A stretch of DNA of 64,000 nt from Macrostomum lignano (lineage: Eukaryota): positions 124,001 through 188,000 of the forward strand of contig NIVC01000673.1 in the NCBI GenBank assembly GCA_002269645.1, given 5' to 3'. Below the pieces are notes generated by a model. That model was not told the DNA's origin. It was given only the letters and a program-made list of their open reading frames with translations, and did no database searches. Within the stretch, counting starts at the first letter, position 1. Each line of letters begins with the position of its first letter. Shown piece after piece: positions 13,232 through 24,722 of this stretch. Position numbers and translations under genes: made by a program.

Positions 13232-13800
13232 TCATTGCTGAGCTGTGATTGGCTGATGGCTGAGCGTAGCTTTATTGCATTGCTGAGCTGTGATTGGCTG
13301 ATGACTGAGTGTACCTTTATTGCATCGCTGAGCTCTGATTGGCTGATAGCTGAGTGTACCTTTATTGCATTGCTGAGCTGTGATTGGCTGATGACTGAGT
13401 GTACCTTTATTGCATTGCTGAGCTGTAATTGGCTGATGGCTGAGTGTACCTTTATTGCATTGCTGAGCTGTGATTGGCTGGTGGCTGAGTGTACCTTTAT
13501 TGCATTGCTGGGCTGTAATTGGCTGATGGCTGAGTGTACCTTTATTGCATTGCTGAGTTGTGATTGGCTGGTGGCTGAGTGTACCTTTATTGCATTGCTG
13601 AGCTGTGATTGGCTGATGACTGAGTGTACCTTTATTGCATTGCTGAGCTCTGATTGGCTGATGACTGAGTGTAGTTTTATTGCATTGCTGAGCTGTGATT
13701 GACTGATGGTTGAGCGTAGCTTTATTGCATTGCTGGGCTGTAATTAGCTGATGGCTGAGTGTAGCTTTATTGCATTGCTGAGCTCTGATTGGCTGATCCA
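13232..13800. repeat. 45-bp minisatellite directly after the WRAP73 stop
   Basis: Unit TGCTGAGCTGTGATTGGCTGATGGCTGAGTGTACCTTTATTGCAT. Confidence 0.92.
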
Positions 13801-14174
13801 CCGCATTACATTGCTGTGTCACCATTTCAAGGGTCTATTTTTAAAAGTCCTTCCTTCCGAATTCCAGTTACAATTCGATACTCATTAAGCTGCATATTTA
13901 TAAATAGATGCAGGTCATCTGTGGGTAGGCAATTTTTTATTTCTTTTATATTACGACTGCTTAGTAGGCTGTTTCGCGGTTTTTCTGTTAAATTGATTTC
14001 CTTCTTTGTGGCCACTTTGGTTAAAATCAATATTTTTAAATACGAAATCTGAATGTTTCCAATCAATATTGCATTGCGTTTAAGCGCTCGAGACATAAAA
14101 AACTTCTTATAACATGTCCTGTCTTTAAAGAAATTTTTCAGTTTTTTCAGACTAAGAGGTGGAGCAAGAATCAG

Positions 14175-14590
14175 GAGAGTAGACTGAGAGGTAGAGTGAG
14201 AATCAGGTTGGTAGAGTGAGAGGTAGAGCCAGAATCAGGATGGTAGAGTGAGAGGTAGAGCGAGAATCAGGAAGGTAGAGTGAGAAGTAGAGCGAAAATC
14301 AGGAAGGTAGAGTGACAGGTAGAGCGAGATTCAGGAAGGTAGAGTGAGAGGTAGAGCGAGAATCAGGAAGGTAGAGTGAGAGGTAGAGCGAGAATCAGGA
14401 AGGTAGAGTGAGAGGTAGAGCGAGAATCAGGAAGGTAGAGTGAGAGGTAGAGCGAGAATCAGGAAGGTAGAGTGAGAGGTAGAGCAAGAATCAGGAAGGT
14501 AGAGTGAGAGGTAGAGCGAGAATCAGGAAGGTAGAGTGAGAGGTAGAGCGAGAATCAGGAAGGTAGAGTGAGAGGTAGAGCGAGAGGTAG
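14175..14590. repeat. 32-bp purine-rich minisatellite
   Basis: Unit GAAGGTAGAGTGAGAGGTAGAGCGAGAATCAG. Confidence 0.92.
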
Positions 14591-14654
14591 AGCGAGCTCT
14601 CCCGTCCCCAACAGCTCAACCCAGTTCATCTCCTCGCACTTACTGCCCGTCGCC

Positions 14655-15853
14655 ATGGCAACAAATCTGCAACAGTCTCGCCGCTGCTCCCTCGCCATCA
14701 CAGTCCCAGACTCCAAGGATGAGGCGGTCTCTCCTTCATCGCCCTGCAGCTGGAGCATCTGTCGAATTTGTCGCGAGTCCGCGCCAGTGACAGGCTCGGG
14801 CACTGGCAGTGACAGTCAGCTGTGCCAGCCGTGCCAGTGCGCGGTACCGTGGCTCATGTGCACCTGGCCTGCCTCTTTAGATGGCTCCAACGAAGCGGCT
14901 ACGACAGGTGCGAACTGTGCCAGCAGCCGTTCTCCATCGGATTGTCTTCATCAAAGTCTCAGCCTCCCACAGTTGGCGGTTCCTCATCTGCAGTTTGGGG
15001 AGTCTCACTGAGACTCTGCTTGGCTGGGCTGGCTCTCCTGTGCTCAGGCAGGGTCACCAGGCACTTGTTGGGTCACAGCGGCAGTGGGGCTCAGCTGGCA
15101 TCTGTAAGCCAAGACATCCCACTTGGCTGCGCAGTCTCCATCATCAACTTGACTCTTATCTGGACATTTGCCAGTCGGTTCCGCATTCCAGCGCCAGTTG
15201 CTGAGCTGCTAGGAGTTCTAGTTCCGCTTGAGTCGGATTGTGATGAAGCTGAGCCAGGAGTCTGCTGGTATGGCAGGCTGCCAAGTCGTTTGATTGGCCT
15301 GGCTTTGGCCAACTCAATCTCTGTTTTACTCGGTTGCTATGCGCCTTGGAAACTGTGCGAGTTCTTCATCGGATTGATTGACAGCTCGGCTAGTGATGCT
15401 TCATCAACTAGTTGGATTCTGGCACTGCCGCTGCTGGTGGCCGGTGCCGTTGCCACCGAGCTCTGCTGGGGTTCGAAACTCCGACCGCTGCTGCTGCCGC
15501 CTGCGGTTTTCTTTGCCGCTCCGATCTTCTGTGGATTAGGGATTAGCGGCGCTGTGAACTACTGGAATCAGGAGGATTATCCCAGTGCAGGGATCGGTCT
15601 GGTGAACTGCTGGATCATCGGTGCCGTCTGTCTGTGCTCAGCTCGGCATCTGCTCGGCTGCTTGACCAACCAGGCTGAAAGCAGCAGCGATCCGGTCTTC
15701 TGCTTCTGCTTTTTTGACGCCTTTTTCAGTCTGGCCGATGCCAGCTGGACTGCTGCGGCTCGGGCCTTGGCTGAGGTGGCGCTTCTCGTAGCCCTTGGGG
15801 TGTCCGCCGGAGCGCCTGTTGCTTGCCTTCTTGTGTCCGCTTCTGAGGCCTAG
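14655..15853 (+). pseudogene. MARCHF6/Doa10-like RING-CH multi-pass E3 ubiquitin ligase; intronless, 1-nt frameshift at ~14840, truncated (pseudogene or sequencing error)
   Basis: ATG in GCCATGG context at 14655. The RING-CH is split over two frames: CRIC...PCQC in one, RGTVAHVHLACLFRW...CELC in the next; restoring one C (TGC[C]GCGGT) rebuilds the C4HC3 motif. About 7-8 hydrophobic segments follow, and DIPLGCAV, LANSISVLLGCYAPWKL, FAAPIFCG and GLVNCWIIG resemble MARCHF6 segments as I recall them. Confidence 0.72.
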
Positions 15854-15984
15854 CTGTCTTCTGCTTTTTTATTGCTGCTCTGCTGCTTTTGCTTGACAAG
15901 CGGCCTTTTTTATAGTTTTTTGCACTGTCTTCTTGCTTTGACTCCGTCTGAGAGAACAGACTGCTTATCTCGAATCTCTGTCTA

Positions 15985-16625
15985 TCTGCTCCTCTCTCCC
16001 TCTGACTCATCCTCTCTCCCTCTGACTCATCCGCTCTCCCTCTGGCTCATCCGCTCTCTCCCTCTGGCTCATCCGCTCTCCCTCGCCTCATCCGCTCTCC
16101 CTCTGACTCATCCGCTCTCCCTCTGACTCATCCGCTCTCTCTCTGACTCATCCGCTCTCCCTCTGACTCATCCGCTCTCCCTCTGACTCATCCGCTCTCC
16201 CTCTGACTCATCTGCTCTCCCTCTGACTCATCCGCTCTTTCTCTGACTCATCCGCTCTCCCTCTGACTCATCCGCTCTCCCTCTGACTCATCCGCTCTCC
16301 CTCTGACTCATCCTCTCTCCCTCTGACTCATCCTCTCTCCCTCTGACTCATCCTCTCTCCCTCTGACTCATCCGCTCTCTCCCTCTGGCTCATCCGCTCT
16401 CTCCCTCTGGCTCATCCGCTCTCTCCCTCTGACTCATCCGCTCTCTCCCTCTGGCTCATCCGCTCTCCCTCGCCTCATCCGCTCTCCCTCTGACTCATCC
16501 GCTCTCCCTCTGACTCATCCTCTCTCCCTCTGACTCATCCGCTCTCCCTCTGACTCATCCGCTCTCCCTCTGACTCATCCGCTCTCCCTCTGACTCACCC
16601 GCTCTCCCTCTGACTCATCCGCTCT
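15985..16625. repeat. 20-bp pyrimidine-rich minisatellite (CTCTGACTCATCCGCTCTCC); second copy 22555-22857
   Basis: Tandem units seen directly. Confidence 0.92.
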
Positions 16626-17155
16626 GCTACTTTAACGCATCCTACCTCTCTGAATATGTGCTTACTATTTTGCCTTTCAATAAAATAGCTCAGAGTGAGT
16701 ACTTTCATACTCATATGTCAGCTGGCTGTGTTATCCCGACTCAGCTGACGAGAGCCGGCCATGGACTGTTAATCTTCGTAGTCCATGCATCTCTGTGCTG
16801 TTGCTATTAGTCAGAATAGCTGAAATTTAAATTGGAGTTTCTTTTCACCGTGAGCCTAATTGGCACCCAACATTATTCATTCCATCACCTAGCATCTTCC
16901 ATCAAGGTTTATTTAATCAGCTCTTTTAAGTTTCTCCATTGCTTACTTAATTCATATCGCACATTTTTATACAGCATAATGAACAGCCATTCCATTTTTC
17001 AATGTTTTTTTATGTTCAGCATCGTTTTGCTGTCAGTAGCTTTCAGTAACTCTATGAAGTGCCTCTGTGTAATTTCTGAATATATATATATAATATAATA
17101 TATCGTTTGTTGGATAATGCCGACTAATGCTGACTTCATGAATTGATTTTTCTTC

Positions 17156-18360
17156 AGGGGTAGCATGAACCTACTGAAGGGTATTCACGGGGTAGCATGA
17201 AGCTGCTAAAGGGTTCTCAGGGTAGCATGAAGCTACTGAGGGGTTCTCAGGGTAGCATGAAGCTACTGAAGGGTATTCAGGGGTAGCATGAAGCTATTGA
17301 AATGTATTCAGGGATAGCGTGAAGCTGCTGAAGGGTATTCAGGGGTAGCATGAAGCTACTAAAGGGTTCTCAGGGTAGCATGAAGCTACTGAAGGGTCCT
17401 CAGGGGTAGCATGAAGCTACTGAAGGGTTCTAAGGGGTAGCATGAAGCTACTGAAGGGTATTCAGGGGGAGCAGGAAGCTACTGAAGGGTTCTCAGGGGT
17501 AGCATGAAGCTACTGAAGGGTATTCAGGGGTAGCATGAAGCTATTGAAATGTATTCAGGGATAGCGTGAAGCTGCTGAAGGGTATTCAGGGGTAGCATGA
17601 AGCTACTAAAGGGTTCTCAGGGTAGCATGAAGCTACTGAAGGGTCCTCAGGGGTAGCGTGAAGCTGCTGAAGGGTATTCAGGGGTAGCATGAAGCTACTA
17701 AAGGGTTCTCAGGGTAGCATGAAGCTACTGAAGGGTCCTCAGGGGTAGCATGAAGCTACTGAAGGGTTCTAAGGGGTAGCATGAAGCTACTGAAGGGTAT
17801 TCAGGGGGAGCAGGAAGCTACTGATGGGTCCTCAGGGGTAGCATGAAGCTACTGAAGGATATTCAGGGGGAGCAGGAAGCTACTGAAGGGTTCCCAAGGG
17901 TAGCATAAACCTACTGAAAGGCTTTCAGGGGTAGCATGAAGCTACTGAAGGGTTCTCAGGGGTAGCATGATCCTACTGAAAGGCTTTCAGGGGTAGCATG
18001 AACCTACTGAGGGGTTCTCAGGGGTAGCATGATCCTACTGAAGGGTTCTCAGGGGTAGCATGAAGCTACTGAAGGGTTCTCAGGGGCAGTATGAAGCTAC
18101 TGAAGGGTTTTCAGGGGTAGCATGAAGCTGCTGAAGGATTCTCAGGGGTAGCGTAAAGCTACTGGAGGATTCTCAGGGGTAGCGTGAAGCTACTAAAGGG
18201 TATTCAGGGTAGCGTGAAGCTACTGAAGGGTTCTCAGGGGTAGCATGAAGCTACTGAAGGATTCTCAGGGGTAGCATGAAGCTACTGAAGGGTTCTCAGG
18301 GGTAGCATGAAGCTACTAAAGGGTTCTCAGGGGTAGCATGAAGCTACTGAAGGGTCTTCA
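17156..18360. repeat. ~32-bp minisatellite (GGGGTAGCATGAAGCTACTGAAGGGTTCTCAG); second copy ~23386-24590
   Basis: Tandem units seen directly. Confidence 0.92.
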
Positions 18361-18491
18361 GGGTTTATTTGGTTCAGGGGTCTCTGAGTCGCCATCCAAC
18401 CAACCAAAACTCAGCATCCCAGCCCATCAATCAATTTCATGGTTGCCCCAGCGCCGCAGCCATTGCAGCGGCATCCCAGCAGACGGCAGCG

Positions 18492-18603
18492 ATGAACCTG
18501 CGGCTGCTTCTAGCGAGAACTCCGTGTCCCGGCTGCTATTATTCCCGGTTCGCCATCAGAGTTGGCTCAGCGGCTGCTGCAGTGCTCTGCCTCTTGTTTA
18601 TCG
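18492..18603 (+). other. Upstream duplicate of the hexosaminidase first coding exon (signal/anchor peptide)
   Basis: MNLRLLLARTPCPGCYYSRFAIRVGSAAAAVLCLLFI followed by G|GTGAG donor; the same peptide is encoded at 24723-24834. Confidence 0.65.
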
Positions 18604-18649
18604 GTGAGAAGCTGTGCTGCATCTGTCTGGCTCATGCAGATCCATAAAG

Positions 18650-21600
18650 CACCCTGTTGTATCTCAGTCAGCTGTGTGTACTGCAATAGGCCCCTGTTGT
18701 ATCTATACTCCATATTGCAGTCAGCTGTGTGTACTGCAATAGGCCCCTGTTGTATCTATACTGCATATTGCAGTCAGCTGTGTGTACTACAATAGGCCCC
18801 TGTTGTATCTATACTGCATATTGCAGGCAGCTCTGTGTGTACTGCAATAGGCTCCTGTTGTATCTATACTGCATATTGCAGTCAGCTGTGTGTACTACAA
18901 TGGGCCCCTGTTGTATCTATACTGCATATTGCAGTCAGCTGTGTGTACTACAATAGGCCCTGTTGTATCTATACTGCATATTGCAGTCAGCTCTGTGTAC
19001 TACAATAGGCCCCTGTTGTATCTATACTGCATATTGCAGTCAGCTCTGTGTACTACAATAGGCCCCTGTTGTATCTATACTGCATACGAGTATTGCAGTC
19101 AGCTGTGTGTACTACAATAGGCCCTGTTGTATCTATACTGCATATTGCAGTCAGCTGTGTGTACTACAATAGGCCCTGTTGTATCTATACTGCATATTGC
19201 AGTCAGCTGTGTGTACTGCAATAGGCCCCTGTTGTATCTATACTGCATATTGCAGTCAGCTGTGTGTACTGCAATAGGCCCCTGTTGTATCTATACTGCG
19301 TATTGCAGTCAGCTGTGTGTACTGCAATAGGCTCCTGTTGTATCTATACTGCATATTGCAGTCAGCTGTGTGTACTACAATAGGCCCCTGTTGTATCTAT
19401 ACTGCATATTGCAGTCAGCTCTGTGTGTATTACAATAGGCCCTGTTGTATCTATACTGCATATTGCAGTCAGCTGTGTGTACTACAATAGGCCCTGTTGT
19501 ATCTATACTGCATATTGCAGTCAGCTGTGTGTACTACAATAGGCTCCTGTTGTATCTATACTGCATATTGCAGTCAGCTGTGTGTACTGCAATAGGCTCC
19601 TGTTGTATCTATACTGCATATTGCAGTCAGCTGTGTGTACTGCAATAGGCCCCTGTTGTATCTATACTGCATATTGCAGTCAGCTGTGTGTACTGCAATA
19701 GGCCCCTGTTGTATCTATACTGCATATTGCAGTCAGCACTGTGTACTGCAATAGGCTCCTGTTGTATCTATACTGCATATTGCAGTCAGCTGTGTGTACT
19801 GCAATAGGCTCCTGTTGTATCTATACTGCATATTGCAGTCAGCTGTGTGTACTGCAATAGGCCCCTGTTGTATCTATACTGCGTATTGCAGTCAGCTGTG
19901 TGTACTGCAATAGGCTCCTGTTGTATCTATACTGCATATTGCAGTCAGCTGTGTGTACTACAATAGGCCCCTGTTGTATCTATACTGCATATTGCAGTCA
20001 GCTCTGTGTGTATTACAATAGGCCCTGTTGTATCTATACTGCATATTGCAGTCAGCTGTGTGTACTACAATAGGCCCTGTTGTATCTATACTGCATATTG
20101 CAGTCAGCTGTGTGTACTACAATAGGCCCCTGTTGTATCTATACTGCATATTGCAGTCAGCTGTGTGTACTGCAATAGGCTCCTGTTGTATCTATACTGC
20201 ATATTGCAGTCAGCTGTGTGTACTGCAATAGGCCCCTGTTGTATCTATACTGCATATTGCAGTCAGCTGTGTGTACTGCAATAGGCCCCTGTTGTATCTA
20301 TACTGCATATTGCAGTCAGCACTGTGTACTGCAATAGGCTCCTGTTGTATCTATACTGCATATTGCAGTCAGCTGTGTGTACTACAATAGGCCCCTGTTG
20401 TATCTATACTGCATATTGCAGTCAGCTCTGTGTGTACTACAATAGGCCCTGTTGTATCTATACTGCATATTGCAGTCAGCTGTGTGTACTACAATAGGCC
20501 CTGTTGTATCTATACTGCATATTGCAGTCAGCTGTGTGTACTACAATAGGCTCCTGTTGTATCTATACTGCATATTGCAGTCAGCTGTGTGTACTACAAT
20601 AGGCCCCTGTTGTATCTATACTGCATATTGCAGTCAGCTCTGTGTGTACTGCAATAGTCCCCTGTTGTATCTATACTGCATATTGCAGTCAGCTGTGTGT
20701 ACTACAATAGGCCCCTGTTGTATCTATACTGCATATTGCAGTCAGCTCTGTGTGTACTACAATAGGCCCTGTTGTATCTATACTGCATATTGCAGTCAGC
20801 TGTGTGTACTACAATAGGCCCTGTTGTATCTATACTGCATATTGCAGTCAGCTGTGTGTACTACAATAGGCTCCTGTTGTATCTATACTGCATATTGCAG
20901 TCAGCTGTGTGTACTACAATAGGCCCCTGTTGTATCTATACTGCATATTGCAGTCAGCTGTGTGTACTGCAATAGGCTCCTGTTGTATCTATACTGCATA
21001 TTGCAGTCAGCTGTGTGTACTACAATGGGCCCCTGTTGTATCTATACTGCATATTGCAGTCAGCTGTGTGTACTACAATAGGCCCTGTTGTATCTATACT
21101 GCATATTGCAGTCAGCTGTGTGTACTACAATAGGCCCTGTTGTATCTATACTGCATATTGCAGTCAGCTGTGTGTACTGCAATAGGCCCCTGTTGTATCT
21201 ATACTGCATATTGCAGTCAGCTGTGTGTACTGCAATAGGCCCCTGTTGTATCTATACTGCATATTGCAGTCAGCTCTGTGTGTACTACAATAGGCCCCTG
21301 TTGTATCAATACTGCATATTGCAGTCAGCTCTGTGTGTACTGCAATGGGCCCCTGTTGTATCTATACTGCATATTGCAGTCAGCTGTGTGTACTACAATA
21401 GGCCCCTGTTGTATCTATACTGCATATTGCAGTCAGCTGTGTGTACTACAATAGGCCCCTGTTGTATCTATACTGCATATTGCAGTCAGCTGTGTGTACT
21501 GCAATAGGCTCCTGTTGTATCTATACTGCATATTGCAGTCAGCTGTGTGTACTACAATAGGCCCTGTTGTATCTATACTGCATATTGCAGTCAGCTGTGT

Positions 21601-22555
21601 GTACTACAATAGGCCCTGTTGTATCTATACTGCATATTGCAGTCAGCTGTGTGTACTGCAATAGGCCCCTGTTGTATCTATACTGCATATTGCAGTCTGC
21701 TGTGTGTACTGCAATAGGCCCCTGTTGTATCTATACTGCATATTGCAGTCAGCTCTGTGTGTACTACAATAGGCCCCTGTTGTATCAATACTGCATATTG
21801 CAGTCAGCTCTGTGTGTACTACAATAGGCCCCTGTTGTATCTATACTGCATATTGCAGTCAGCTCTGTGTGTACTGCAATAGGCCCCTGTTGTATCTATA
21901 CTGCATATTGCAGTCAGCTCTGTGTGTACTGCAATAGTCCCCTGTTGTATCAATACTGCATATTGCAGTCAGCTGTGTGTACTACAATAGGCCCCTGTTG
22001 TATCTATACTGCATATTGCAGTCAGCTCTGTGTGTACTACAATAGGCCCTGTTGTATCTATACTGCATATTGCAGTCAGCTGTGTGTACTGCAATGGGCC
22101 CCTGTTGTATCTATACTGCATATTGCAGTCAGCTGTGTGTACTACAATAGGCCCCTGTTGTATCTATACTGCATATTGCAGTCAGCTGTGTGTACTGCAA
22201 TAGGCTCCTGTTGTATCTATACTGCATATTGCAGTCAGCTGTGTGTACTACAATGGGCCCTGTTGTATCTATACTGCATATTGCAGTCAGCTGTGTGTAC
22301 TACAATGGGCCCCTGTTGTATCTATACTGCATATTGCAGTCAGCTGTGTGTACTACAATAGGCCCTGTTGTATCTATACTGCATATTGCAGTCAGCTGTG
22401 TGTACTGCAATAGGCCCCTGTTGTATCTATACTGCATATTGCAGTCTGCTGTGTGTACTGCAATAGGCCCCTGTTGTATCTATACTGCATATTGCAGTCA
22501 GCTCTGTGTGTACTACAATAGGCCCCTGTTGTATCAATACTGCATATTGCAGTCA
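18650..22555. repeat. 53-bp satellite array, ~3.9 kb
   Basis: Unit TGTTGTATCTATACTGCATATTGCAGTCAGCTGTGTGTACTACAATAGGCCCC. Confidence 0.97.
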
Positions 22556-24722
22556 TCCTCTCTCCCTCTGACTCATCCTCTCTCCCTCTGACTCATCCGC
22601 TCTCTCCCTCTGGCTCATCCGCTCTCTCCCTCTGGCTCATCCGCTCTCTCCCTCTGACTCATCCGCTCTCTCCCTCTGGCTCATCCGCTCTCCCTCGCCT
22701 CATCCGCTCTCCCTCTGACTCATCCGCTCTCCCTCTGACTCATCCTCTCTCCCTCTGACTCATCCGCTCTCCCTCTGACTCACCTGCTCTCTCCCTCTGA
22801 CTCATCCGCTCTCCCTCTGACTCATCCGCTCTCTCCCTCTGACTCATCCGCTCTGCTACTTTCACCCATCCTACCTCTCTGAATATGTGCTTACTATTTT
22901 GCCTTTCAATAAAATAGCTCAGAGTGAGTACTTTCATACTCATATGTCAGCTGGCTGTGTTATCCCGACTCAGCTGACGAGAGCCGGCCATGGACTGTTA
23001 ATCTTCGTAGTCCATGCATCTCTGTGCTGTTGCTATTAGTCAGAATAGCTGAAATTTAAATTGGAGTTTCTTTTCACCGTGAGCCTAATTGGCACCCAAC
23101 ATTATTCATTCCATCACCTAGCATCTTCCATCAAGGTTTATTTAATCAGCTCTTTTAAGTTTCTCCATTGCTTACTTAATTCATATCGCACATTTTTATA
23201 CAGCATAATGAACAGCCATTCCATTTTTCAATGTTTTTTTATGTTCAGCATCGTTTTGCTGTCAGTAGCTTTCAGTAACTCTATGAAGTGCCTCTGTGTA
23301 ATTTCTGAATATATATATATAATATAATATATCGTTTGTTGGATAATGCCGACTAATGCTGACTTCATGAATTGATTTTTCTTCAGGGGTAGCATGAACC
23401 TACTGAAGGGTATTCACGGGGTAGCATGAAGCTGCTAAAGGGTTCTCAGGGTAGCATGAAGCTACTGAGGGGTTCTCAGGGGTAGCATGAAGCTACTGAA
23501 GGGTATTCAGGGGTAGCATGAAGCTATTGAAATGTATTCAGGGATAGCGTGAAGCTGCTGAAGGGTATTCAGGGGTAGCATGAAGCTACTAAAGGGTTCT
23601 CAGGGTAGCATGAAGCTACTGAAGGGTCCTCAGGGGTAGCATGAAGCTACTGAAGGGTTCTAAGGGGTAGCATGAAGCTACTGAAGGGTATTCAGGGGGA
23701 GCAGGAAGCTACTGAAGGGTTCTCAGGGGTAGCATGAAGCTACTGAAGGGTATTCAGGGGTAGCATGAAGCTATTGAAATGTATTCAGGGATAGCGTGAA
23801 GCTGCTGAAGGGTATTCAGGGGTAGCATGAAGCTACTAAAGGGTTCTCAGGGTAGCATGAAGCTACTGAAGGGTCCTCAGGGGTAGCGTGAAGCTGCTGA
23901 AGGGTATTCAGGGGTAGCATGAAGCTACTAAAGGGTTCTCAGGGTAGCATGAAGCTACTGAAGGGTCCTCAGGGGTAGCATGAAGCTACTGAAGGGTTCT
24001 AAGGGGTAGCATGAAGCTACTGAAGGGTATTCAGGGGGAGCAGGAAGCTACTGATGGGTCCTCAGGGGTAGCATGAAGCTACTGAAGGATATTCAGGGGG
24101 AGCAGGAAGCTACTGAAGGGTTCCCAAGGGTAGCATAAACCTACTGAAAGGCTTTCAGGGGTAGCATGAAGCTACTGAAGGGTTCTCAGGGGTAGCATGA
24201 TCCTACTGAAAGGCTTTCAGGGGTAGCATGAACCTACTGAGGGGTTCTCAGGGGTAGCATGATCCTACTGAAGGGTTCTCAGGGGTAGCATGAAGCTACT
24301 GAAGGGTTCTCAGGGGCAGTATGAAGCTACTGAAGGGTTTTCAGGGGTAGCATGAAGCTGCTGAAGGATTCTCAGGGGTAGCGTAAAGCTACTGGAGGAT
24401 TCTCAGGGGTAGCGTGAAGCTACTAAAGGGTATTCAGGGGTAGCGTGAAGCTACTGAAGGGTTCTCAGGGGTAGCATGAAGCTACTGAAGGATTCTCAGG
24501 GGTAGCATGAAGCTACTGAAGGGTTCTCAGGGGTAGCATGAAGCTACTAAAGGGTTCTCAGGGGTAGCATGAAGCTACTGAAGGGTCTTCAGGGTTTATT
24601 TGGTTCAGGGGTCTCTGAGTCGCCATCCAACCAACCAAAACTCAGCATCCCAGCCCATCAATCAATTTTCAGGTTGCCCCAGCGCCGCAGCCATTGCAGC
24701 GGCATCCCAGCAGACGGCAGCG

